DNA of 64,000 nucleotides from Sedimentisphaerales bacterium (GTDB lineage: Bacteria; Planctomycetota; Phycisphaerae; Sedimentisphaerales; Anaerobacaceae): assembly GCA_963708075.1 (NCBI GenBank), contig OY970194.1, positions 4,224,001 through 4,288,000 on the forward strand. Reading direction: 5' to 3'. Of the stretch, positions 9,793-18,597 are shown one piece after another (the stretch's first letter is position 1; the number at the start of each line of letters is the position of its first letter). The notes beneath the pieces were generated by a model. That model did not search any database. It saw nothing but the letters and a program-made list of their open reading frames with translations, and was not told the DNA's origin. A program made the translations under genes and the position numbers.

Positions 9793-10088
9793 GTGTTTCT
9801 CCTCTCATTATCGAGTCACGAATTGATCGCTCCGCCCCGCCGAGTAGTTCGACTTATCTGAGGCATTGGGTGGACCAGCCCTCTGCACAAGCAGCCGCAC
9901 GGGACCATGCTGTTTCTCAATTTCTATTCTCGCTCCACGGCAGAAATCCGTCACAATTTGACCCGATTCCTGACCGAATGCTCCCTGTGACGATAGGAGT
10001 GAGGATCGCGAACAATAGGGTTGACGGCGATGGGGGGCAGGGAGTATCGATAGAGGGACATGAGAAGCAACGTGTTGGAGGTATCGAA

Positions 10089-11171
10089 ATGCAAAGCAGT
10101 CGGCGTGAGTTCTTGAAGGGGGTCGTCGCGGGGACGGTGGCGATGAGTGCGTCTGGGTATGCACAGCAGGAGGACAAGCGGGTTCTGCAAGCGAAGGCGC
10201 AGACGGCGATTCCGCGGTGGCGCGGGTTCAATCTGCTGGAGATGTTCACGATGCGCAGCCGGGGCGACTTCCGCGAGGAGGATTTCCATTGGATTCGCGA
10301 CTTCGGGTTCAACTTCGTGCGGTTCCCGACGTGTCACCGGCTCTGGATCGAGGGCGACGACAACTACAAGATCAAAGAACCGATGCTGGCGAACCTCGAC
10401 CGGGGGATCGAGCTGGCCAATGCGGCTGGCCTGCACGTGAGCCTGAACTTCCATCGCGGACCGGGGTACTCCGTGAACCAGGAGTTCAAGGAGCCGTTCA
10501 ATCTATGGAAGGATAAGGAGACGCTCGACGCGTTCGTCTTCCACTGGCAGTTAATGGCAAAGCGATATAAGGGCATCGGACGCGACAAGCTCAGTTTCGA
10601 CCTGATCAACGAGCCTCCGTCGGTAGGCGAGCAGATGAGCCGGGCGGACCACGAGCGGGTCGTCCGCACGACAGTGGCGGCGATCCGCCAGACCAGCCCG
10701 GACCGGCTCGTCGTGGCCGACGGCCTGAGCTGGGGCAATGAGCCGATGCCGGAACTGGCGGACCTCGGTATCGCCGAAAGCACGCGAGCGTATCAGCCGA
10801 TGTTCATCAGTCACTACGGGGCGTCGTGGGTCGATAGCGGCAACTACCCCCAGCCGGCATGGCCGGGCAACGGCTGGGACCGCAAGCGGCTGGAGGAGCA
10901 CTACGCCAAATGGGCCGACGTGGCCCGCAAAGGGGTCGGCGTGCACTGCGGCGAAGGCGGAGCATTCAACAAGACCCCGCACCCGGTGGTCCTCGCGTGG
11001 CTCCGGGACGTCCTGGAGATCCTCACCGGCCACGGCATCGGCCTGGCCCTGTGGAACTTCCGAGGCTCCTTCGGCATTCTCGATTCCGACAGGGCTGATG
11101 TCCAGTACGAGGATTTCCACGGGCACAAGCTCGACAGAAAGCTGCTGAGTCTGCTGCAGGAATTCGCGTAG
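10089..11171 (+). CDS. Tat-exported glycoside hydrolase family 5 (cellulase-like)
   Basis: Tat motif SRREFLKG; WRGFNL, GFNFVRFP, FDLINEP (acid/base) and VHCGEGG (nucleophile). Confidence 0.9.
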   Translation: MQSSRREFLKGVVAGTVAMSASGYAQQEDKRVLQAKAQTAIPRWRGFNLLEMFTMRSRGDFREEDFHWIRDFGFNFVRFPTCHRLWIEGDDNYKIKEPMLANLDRGIELANAAGLHVSLNFHRGPGYSVNQEFKEPFNLWKDKETLDAFVFHWQLMAKRYKGIGRDKLSFDLINEPPSVGEQMSRADHERVVRTTVAAIRQTSPDRLVVADGLSWGNEPMPELADLGIAESTRAYQPMFISHYGASWVDSGNYPQPAWPGNGWDRKRLEEHYAKWADVARKGVGVHCGEGGAFNKTPHPVVLAWLRDVLEILTGHGIGLALWNFRGSFGILDSDRADVQYEDFHGHKLDRKLLSLLQEFA

Positions 11172-11314
11172 CGCGGCGATTCGGGGGAGGAGGGTCGCGG
11201 GAGTGGACGCAGTGGATCTATAGGACTGATAGGACCTATGGAGCGTCCGCCGCCATGTGGGGGCGACTGCGCAACCTCTCGAAAAATTTTTTGCATTTTC
11301 TTTTTTTTCCGGTA

Positions 11315-11336
11315 ACGTACGACACATGTCGTACGT
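11315..11336. promoter_or_regulatory. Probable BlaI operator
   Basis: Perfect palindrome ACGTACGACA-CA-TGTCGTACGT about 35 nt upstream of blaI; the ACA-NN-TGT core matches BlaI/MecI/CopY boxes. Confidence 0.8.
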
Positions 11337-11370
11337 CTGTTATATGTGTAGCACGAAAGGAGATCTGACT

Positions 11371-11829
11371 GTGAGTAGAAACAAGCGTTCCGACAAACCG
11401 AGCGTCGAGCTGACCGAGGCGGAATGGGCCATTATGCGAGCGGTATGGCAACATCAGCCCTGTGCGGCGGGCACGGTACAGGAGGCTCTGGCCACCACCA
11501 AGGGTTGGGCCTACAGCACCGTTAAAACCACTATGGATCGTATGGTCCGCAAGGGGCTGCTCCAGACCCGGCAGATTCGCAACCTGACCCTGTTCAGCAC
11601 GACGGTGGATGAAGTGGAGGCCAAGCGCGGCGAGTTCTACCGGATGCTCAAGCGGGCCTTTGACGGGGCGTTGGCCCCGATGATGCAATTCCTGGTGGAG
11701 CATGAGGGGCTTTCGGCGGAGGAAGCCCGTCAGCTCCGGGAGATCACCCGCCGGGGCACGAAGGCGGCGAAATCGGACCGTGCGGATGACCCGCACCAAC
11801 GGGAGACCGGAGATGGACGCGATCAATAG
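11371..11829 (+). CDS. blaI: BlaI/MecI/CopY family repressor
   Basis: LTEAEWAIMRAVW...WAYSTVKTTMDRMVRKGLL; RBS AAAGGAG before GTG 11371. Confidence 0.92.
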   Translation: MSRNKRSDKPSVELTEAEWAIMRAVWQHQPCAAGTVQEALATTKGWAYSTVKTTMDRMVRKGLLQTRQIRNLTLFSTTVDEVEAKRGEFYRMLKRAFDGALAPMMQFLVEHEGLSAEEARQLREITRRGTKAAKSDRADDPHQRETGDGRDQ

Positions 11830-14818
11830 TGCAATCGTTCTTCTCAATGACTGGGGCCGGGTGTTCTGCGACTTCGGCGGACGCATATTCATCCAATCCA
11901 CCGTTTTAGTGGGGCTGCTGCTGATCGTGGACCTGTGCCTGAAGCCTCGCGTGTGTGCGCGATTTCGCTATGGGATTTGGCTGCTGGTCCTGGTGAAACT
12001 AGTGCTGCCGCCGTCCCTGGCGTTGCCGACCGGCGTCAACTATTGGCTGGGCAGGTACTTGCCCGCGACGACTCCAGCGCCCTTGATATCTCCAGTACTG
12101 TCTTCATCTCCGGCGTCCCTGATCTCGCCGGCGCCGTCGGCATACGACAATTCCCGCCAGGTCATCACTGCGATACCTTTCGGCAGAGCGGAGGTGGCTG
12201 CGGCCGGCAGGGACATCGTTCCTCTGCAATGGCCGGGGCTGGCTCTGTTGGGCTGGCTCGCCGTGGTCTTACTGCTGTCGGCGCTGGTGCTTCAACGGGC
12301 TGCGTCCGTCAGAAGGTCGTTGCGACGGAGTCATCCCGCCCGGCAGCAGATGATTGCTCTGCTGGAGGAGTGCCGTGCCAGTCTGGGCGTCACTGCGCCC
12401 GTGTCGCTCAGGCTCACGGAGGACATACACAGTCCCGCGGTGTGTGGCTTTTTGCGCCCGGTGATTCTCCTGCCCGCGTCGTTGCCTGCAGGACTATGGC
12501 CGGAAGGCGTGCGCACGATTCTCACTCACGAGCTGGCCCATATCAAACGGTGGGACCCGTGGGTGAGCTTGGCGCAGACCGCCCTGCAAATCGCCTATTT
12601 CTGGCATCCGCTCGTCTGGATGGCGAATACGAAATTGCGGGATCTCCGAGAGCTGGCCGTCGATGAAACGGTCGTCGTCACGCTCCGGTCCCAGGCTCAG
12701 TGCTACACCAATACGCTTATCGACATTGCGCAAATGGCGTTTCGAAAGCCGGCTTTCAGTTTGAGATTGATAGGAATAGCGGAATCTAAGAGAGCATTGG
12801 AAAGGAGAATCAAACATATGTTGAATCGACGCATATCGAAACGTCCCACATTGGGATTGTCAGGGCTGCTGGCGATTGTCGCCATCGGCGCCGTGCTGGT
12901 GCCCATGGGACAGGGAAGCATGGCGGCTCCCGTGAAGCAGACCTCCGTGCAGAGCGTCCCGGCGCTTCCCGAGGGAATCGCGGAGCTGTTTCCACTCACG
13001 AAGAACGACGTCCTGGAAAGGTTCGGCCAGCCCGCGAGCATCGAGGGGCCGTACCATATCTACGAAGACCTTTCCTTCTCCATACCCGAGAACGATGTCG
13101 TCCAGATCACTCTACTCACCCCCCGTTACGCCTTCGGCAACGGCATCCGTGTCGGCGACTCCGAGGCGAAGGTCAAGGGGGCATTCGGCGCGGACTGGGG
13201 GCTCCAAGAGGCAGAAGCCAAGGATTTTCTGATCTACGAGGGCCTTGGCGTCAATTTCGAGATCAACAAGCAAGACCGCACCGTGATGGAGATCAACATC
13301 AGCGAGGAGTACGGGGACCCCGCCCAGTTGGAGGCCTATGCTCACGCCGCCGAGTTCACGGCGCAGCTTCCTCTAAAGATCGCCCAGCTCGATCTTGACT
13401 CCGCCGGCATGGAACAGGTCCTGGCGACGTTTGGGCAGCCGGTGAAATACATATGGGGTCCGAAGACTCTGCCGGCCGACCAGTTGCCGAACCGCTTCAT
13501 CGCCGTGTACCCGGGCGGTTTCCACGTGTTCATGATGGACAATCGCATCGTGGAGCTGCGTTTTGAAGGCAACTCCAAGTATGTGTATGCCGGCAAGTTG
13601 CGCATCGGCTCGACGCTGGAGGAGGCGCTGGCCGTGCTCGGCGCTCCCGTCAAGACGGTCGAGGGCAAGCCGATCGGCTGGTCCGACTCGGACAACGTTC
13701 TCTTCAAGGACATCGATGGACGGAAGGGGCACTGTTATTACCACCGGCCCGATCACGGCGTGCGCGTCTGGTTCGGCGACTACAAAGTCGCGGCCATCTA
13801 CATGACCCGGAGCGACTTCGACGACGGCGGCTCAATGGGGCCGTTCGACCCGGAATTCGCTCGCCTGTTGCCGGAGCGGGTCGCCGCGCTGGATATAGAT
13901 TCTGCCGATCTGGAACAGGTCAAGGCGATCTTCGGCGAGCCGACGAAATATGTATGGGGCGACAAGACCTTCACGGCCGATGCGCTGCCGGACAACTACA
14001 TCATGAGTTATCCGTGCGGCTTCAGCGTGTGGATGACAGGCGACCGCATTATGGAAATCCGTCACGAGCGGAACTCGCCCTATGTCTTCCGGGATAAGCT
14101 GCGCATCGGCTCGACCTTGCGGGAGGCCCTGGACCTGTTGGGCGAACCGGCCGAGACGGTCACAGGTCAGAAGAACACCTTCAAGGAGAAGGTCCTGTAC
14201 AAGGACATCGACGGACGCCAGGGGTATGACTACTACCACCGCCCCGATCAGAAGGTCCGCGTCTGGTTCGGCGATGACAAGGTCACGGCCATCTATATGA
14301 CCCGGGGCGACTACAGCGATGGCGGCGAGGAGCCGTTCGACGCCGGGTTCGCAAGCCTGCTGCCTGAGCGACTGGCCCGATTGGACATTGACTCGGCCGG
14401 TCTGGAGCAGGTCCGGGCGATCTTCGGCGAGCCGACGAAATACGTCTGGGGCAACCAGACCTTCCGTCTCGACGCCCTGCCGGACAGTTACATCATGAGC
14501 TACCCGTGCAGCTTCAACGTGTTCATGCAAAAGGGACGCATCATGGAGATCCGCCACGAGCGGACCTCACCTTATGTCTATCGCGGCAAGCTGCGCATCG
14601 GCTCGACCCTGGAAGAGGCACTGGCCCTTCTTCGCGCGCCGACCGAGACAGTCACCGGCCAGAAGAACGAATTCAAGGACGGCGTCCTGTACTGGGACAT
14701 CAACGGCAACGAGGGGCATGGCTATTACCATCGATCCGATCAGGACGTCCGCGTCTGGTTCTGGGAGGGCAAGGTCACGGCGATCTACATGACCCGCAGC
14801 GACTATCCCGCGCGTTGA
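11813..14818 (+). CDS. BlaR1-like M56 metallopeptidase sensor with repetitive extracytoplasmic domain
   Basis: RYGIWLLVLVKLVLPP, SPAVCGFLRPVILLP, HELAH, YFWHPLVW and RELAVDE; overlaps the blaI stop; three ~164-aa C-terminal repeats. Confidence 0.9.
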   Translation: MDAINSAIVLLNDWGRVFCDFGGRIFIQSTVLVGLLLIVDLCLKPRVCARFRYGIWLLVLVKLVLPPSLALPTGVNYWLGRYLPATTPAPLISPVLSSSPASLISPAPSAYDNSRQVITAIPFGRAEVAAAGRDIVPLQWPGLALLGWLAVVLLLSALVLQRAASVRRSLRRSHPARQQMIALLEECRASLGVTAPVSLRLTEDIHSPAVCGFLRPVILLPASLPAGLWPEGVRTILTHELAHIKRWDPWVSLAQTALQIAYFWHPLVWMANTKLRDLRELAVDETVVVTLRSQAQCYTNTLIDIAQMAFRKPAFSLRLIGIAESKRALERRIKHMLNRRISKRPTLGLSGLLAIVAIGAVLVPMGQGSMAAPVKQTSVQSVPALPEGIAELFPLTKNDVLERFGQPASIEGPYHIYEDLSFSIPENDVVQITLLTPRYAFGNGIRVGDSEAKVKGAFGADWGLQEAEAKDFLIYEGLGVNFEINKQDRTVMEINISEEYGDPAQLEAYAHAAEFTAQLPLKIAQLDLDSAGMEQVLATFGQPVKYIWGPKTLPADQLPNRFIAVYPGGFHVFMMDNRIVELRFEGNSKYVYAGKLRIGSTLEEALAVLGAPVKTVEGKPIGWSDSDNVLFKDIDGRKGHCYYHRPDHGVRVWFGDYKVAAIYMTRSDFDDGGSMGPFDPEFARLLPERVAALDIDSADLEQVKAIFGEPTKYVWGDKTFTADALPDNYIMSYPCGFSVWMTGDRIMEIRHERNSPYVFRDKLRIGSTLREALDLLGEPAETVTGQKNTFKEKVLYKDIDGRQGYDYYHRPDQKVRVWFGDDKVTAIYMTRGDYSDGGEEPFDAGFASLLPERLARLDIDSAGLEQVRAIFGEPTKYVWGNQTFRLDALPDSYIMSYPCSFNVFMQKGRIMEIRHERTSPYVYRGKLRIGSTLEEALALLRAPTETVTGQKNEFKDGVLYWDINGNEGHGYYHRSDQDVRVWFWEGKVTAIYMTRSDYPAR
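13349..14806 (+). repeat. Three intragenic ~492-nt tandem repeats
   Basis: Units LD(I/L)DSA..EQV...FG.P.KY.WG...KLRIGSTL.EAL...HR.D..VRVWF...KV.AIYMTR.D start near 13349, 13841 and 14333. Confidence 0.9.
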
Positions 14819-15002
14819 TCGGTGACACCTGTTCGTACGGCACATGGAGAGCCGACCTGCCGACCGCAGGCCGGCTCTTTCTCTATGCAGGTTTGGATTG
14901 ATCCACAGGGATGGCGACCTCGTCCTGGTACTGGACGACATCCTCGACGGAGGCGTTGAACGCGCGGGCGATACGAAAGGCCGGAGGCAGCGACGGAGCG
15001 CG

Positions 15003-16355
15003 CTACAGGGGTGAGCGGGTGGACTCGATCCTGCCCTTTTGCAGGGGTACACTGCGTTTTCCGGGCCGCTTGCCGGTCTTGTCGGCGGACTCCGGCTTTT
15101 GCAGGGGCAGTTCGAGGGTGAGCGTCCCGGCGCCCTTTCGCACGACGGTGAGGGCGACCGACGGCTGGTCTCGCACTTTGAATATTGCCAGCTCGAAATC
15201 GAGATTGTTGGCCAGAGGCCTTTCGCCGACGGCGGTGATCACGTCCTTCTCCTGCAGTCCCGCCTGAGCGGCGAGGCTGTCCTTCTCCACGGTGAGAACG
15301 AACAGACCTTCCTGCATATCGATCCCGCTATTCAAGGCCAGTGCGGACGTCAGACGATCGATCTCAGCGCCGATCTCGGGGAACCTGAACTCCCTGACCA
15401 ACTGCCGGATGTCGGCGCCGAGCACCTGCCTGAAGATTTCGCGCAGATCTCGCCCATTCACGGTCTGGCGGGTCCCAATCTCCGTCACGATCTTGCGGAT
15501 CGCCTCCGGGCCGTACGTATCTTCCACGAGCAGGAACAGGCCAAGGGCGGCATTGTAGTACCCCCGCTCATAGGCCGTCCGCGAGGACTGCACCCAGGAG
15601 AACAGCCTGTCACCGACGACAGCGAGGGCTGAGAACGGATTCGTGTGCAGAAGCGTCTGCCGGTAGTACAGCCGACGGGAGTTCGGGATGTCCTCCGAGA
15701 GGGTACGATAGGCGACGTAGCCGCCGTAATTGGCCAAGCCATCCCGGAACCAGCGAGTGTAGTTGTTGACGTGCACCACAAAGACCAGCATGCCCCAGGA
15801 GGGATCCGGCAGGACCACTCCGCCCTTGCGGCCGGCGGCCAGCGAGGTCTCCACAAGCTCATGGACGAACATGTAGGGATAGCTGCGATTCTGGACGAGG
15901 ACGGCTTCGCAGGACTCGTCGCCCGCCTGGACAAACAGAGGCAGCGGAAGCTCGTTCGGCTCGACGTCCAGCATGACATCAAAATCCTGCGGCCGGTCAT
16001 CGAAGCGAAGCAGGTAAACCGTGCTGCGGGTCGTGATGGTGACGCCCGTGTGCTCCTGCACCTCGTCGAGCAACTCGTTCGTCTTGTCGGCGATGCACTG
16101 AGCCTGCTCCGCCAGGCCCTGCTGATACTGGATCGTCGTATCACCCGCGCTCCGCGAGCCTTCGAACTGGACCTCCTTCATCGTGATATCGTTCAGGAGG
16201 TAGTGGACCCGGCTGCCGTAGTGCACCTGCCATTGCTCCGGCTCCTTGCGATCCAGCACCGCCTCGGTGAGCCCCTTGTTGATCGTTTGACAACCCGCCG
16301 ATAGCGAGATCAGCGTCACCGCGACGGCCAAGAGCAATCTGGACTTGTGTCTCAC
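15003..16355 (-). CDS. Lipoprotein with degenerate zincin-like domain and C-terminal PDZ domain
   Basis: Lipobox LSAGC; HELVE...RWFRDGLA; GLFVLTVEKDSLAAQAGLQEKDVITAVG (PDZ). Confidence 0.8.
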   Translation of the reverse strand: MRHKSRLLLAVAVTLISLSAGCQTINKGLTEAVLDRKEPEQWQVHYGSRVHYLLNDITMKEVQFEGSRSAGDTTIQYQQGLAEQAQCIADKTNELLDEVQEHTGVTITTRSTVYLLRFDDRPQDFDVMLDVEPNELPLPLFVQAGDESCEAVLVQNRSYPYMFVHELVETSLAAGRKGGVVLPDPSWGMLVFVVHVNNYTRWFRDGLANYGGYVAYRTLSEDIPNSRRLYYRQTLLHTNPFSALAVVGDRLFSWVQSSRTAYERGYYNAALGLFLLVEDTYGPEAIRKIVTEIGTRQTVNGRDLREIFRQVLGADIRQLVREFRFPEIGAEIDRLTSALALNSGIDMQEGLFVLTVEKDSLAAQAGLQEKDVITAVGERPLANNLDFELAIFKVRDQPSVALTVVRKGAGTLTLELPLQKPESADKTGKRPGKRSVPLQKGRIESTRSPL

Positions 16356-16596
16356 AACTCAGACCCCACAAGAATGTTTTCCTCACAGCTTACTCACGCT
16401 GCCGTGTCCCGTAAAGCGAAATTCCCCCTGCCGCCCGTAGCGAGGGGTAGGGAAAAGGAGGATTGCAACCAAGCGTAATTCCCACTACAATCAGAAATGC
16501 ACCGGCCGATACACTCACCGTCGTGGGGAGACGGAGAAAGGGGCTCGGCCGTTTCCTGAGCCGACCGCACGATCTGCAAGATAAGAGGAGATCGCT

Positions 16597-18396
16597 ATGT
16601 TCATGAGACGGGTTCTCGTGGTGATCACGAGCGTATTGGGCGCGATATTTCCCTGCGGGGACCTTCAAGCGGCGGAGTACGCGGATGCTGCCGCAACGAC
16701 GGTGTCGCTGCCCCGGCCATACGTCGGGGCGGCCAACGTGTACCCTCATGACCTGGTCATGCAGTGGCCCGCGGTCGCCAATGCGAATTCGTACAGCATT
16801 TACCTGGGCACCGATCCGGATGATCTCTTCCTGCTGAGCACCGCGGCCACGCTCCGGCTGGAGGTCAACAGGGAGCTGGCCTGGGGCAAGTGCTACTACT
16901 GGCGGGTGGATGCCCGCACGACCGGGACGACAACCATCCGCGGCCCACTCTGGCGGTTCACCATTGCCCCCCCGCCGCCCGAGGACCCGGACTTGCTTGC
17001 GTGGTATGCGTTCGACGAAGTAGCCGGCTCCATAACCGTCGATCTCTCCGGCCACGGCGTCAATGCAGTCCTTGAGCAAATGATCTGGGAGACGACAGGC
17101 GCGCCGGGCCTCGAAGGCGGCTCCGTGCGATCGGACGGCTCGGGGAACATGCATTTCGGCATCACCGGACCGACCCCGCCGCTTCGCCAGGCGACACTCA
17201 CAGGCTGGTTCAGAATCGGCCGGCAGGAGCAGTGGATTCCTCTGTGGTATCTCGCCCGCGGAACCGACAGCTACGTGAGCCTCGTGCCGCAGCCGGCCAA
17301 TGACGGGGGCCTTGTGATCGAGGTCAAGGGCGCAGGCCAGAGTCAGCCCATCCGAACTCAAGCCAGGGACCCGCTGCCCGTGGATCACTGGACACATCTG
17401 GCGGTCACGATGGACGCGGCGGGCGAACAGATCACCGTGTACGAGGATGGCGCGGCCGTGCTGACCGCCCGCGGATTGACAGGCCTGACGACGGTGCTCG
17501 AAACGGCCGACTTCGTATCCATGGGAAACTCCTTCACGTTGTCCGACTGCCTGCGCTGTAGTGTGGACGAGGTGCGACTCTACGCGAGGATTCTCGACGC
17601 AGAGGAGATCGCTCGAACCATGCTCGGCCATCCCAACAGCCCGTATGAACCCAATCCCCCGCACTGGGCTCAACTGCACGCAAGCGTCCCGGCCGTGCTG
17701 CGATGGAAGGCCACGGATGCGGCCCTCACATATAACGTGTACGCAGGGACAGATATCAATAATCTCGACCTCGTGGCGTGGGACTTGACCAAGCCCGAAT
17801 ACCCGCTCCAACAGAAGCCCGCGGATGGGCAGACCCTCTGCTGGCAGGTGGAGGCGGTCGTGGACGGCGGGTTCGTTCGAGGTCCCTTGTGGCAATTCTC
17901 CGTCACCGGCCTGTCCCTGGCCGACGTCATCAAGGGAGCGAAACCCTGGTGGGCCGATTACGGGAAGTACTATCACCAGGCCGCTCCAGACCTGTCGTTG
18001 ACGGACATGGATGGCGGAGGGCATCGGGTCCGGGACTACCGCGGCCGACACCTGCTGCTGGCGGTCTGGGCCCCCTGGTGCCCCACCTGCCGCGAAGAGC
18101 TCGTCACGTTGGCCAGACTGCGAGACGACATGAGCGAGGAGGACATGATCCTGCTGGCGGTCACCGATGAGAGCAATCGGAGCGCCCTGCCCGCCTTTCT
18201 CATCGAGCATCCGGAGATCAACTTCCCGGTGTGTATCACCAGACTATCGGCTGTGCCGCCATTCAGCAGCGTCACCCACGTCCCCTCGATCTTCTATGTT
18301 GCTCCGGATGGCACGATAAAGCTGGCCACTGTCGGCGCCGTCCCGCTGGAGACCATCGAACAAGTCCTGGAAGCGGCCTGGCCGTACCAGCCGTAG
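16597..18396 (+). CDS. Secreted LamG-like/FN3-like protein fused to a TlpA-type thioredoxin domain
   Basis: Signal peptide; YYWRVDA; LLAWYAFDE...WTHLAVT...VDEVRLY; WAPWCPTCREE. Confidence 0.85.
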   Translation: MFMRRVLVVITSVLGAIFPCGDLQAAEYADAAATTVSLPRPYVGAANVYPHDLVMQWPAVANANSYSIYLGTDPDDLFLLSTAATLRLEVNRELAWGKCYYWRVDARTTGTTTIRGPLWRFTIAPPPPEDPDLLAWYAFDEVAGSITVDLSGHGVNAVLEQMIWETTGAPGLEGGSVRSDGSGNMHFGITGPTPPLRQATLTGWFRIGRQEQWIPLWYLARGTDSYVSLVPQPANDGGLVIEVKGAGQSQPIRTQARDPLPVDHWTHLAVTMDAAGEQITVYEDGAAVLTARGLTGLTTVLETADFVSMGNSFTLSDCLRCSVDEVRLYARILDAEEIARTMLGHPNSPYEPNPPHWAQLHASVPAVLRWKATDAALTYNVYAGTDINNLDLVAWDLTKPEYPLQQKPADGQTLCWQVEAVVDGGFVRGPLWQFSVTGLSLADVIKGAKPWWADYGKYYHQAAPDLSLTDMDGGGHRVRDYRGRHLLLAVWAPWCPTCREELVTLARLRDDMSEEDMILLAVTDESNRSALPAFLIEHPEINFPVCITRLSAVPPFSSVTHVPSIFYVAPDGTIKLATVGAVPLETIEQVLEAAWPYQP

Positions 18397-18597
18397 CCGA
18401 GTGACGCCAGGCGCCGGCCAATCATGCCACGATCTCCGGACAGCATCGTGTCGAAAAGGCCCCCTCCATCTCGGCCCCTCACATCCGGCTGTACTTGAGG
18501 ATTCCACAGGCGTGTGTTTTGTGTTACCTTTCTCCCAAGAACGATGATAGACCGGATTCCATCTACGCGTATGCAACAGTTCGAATCGGGAGGCAGG

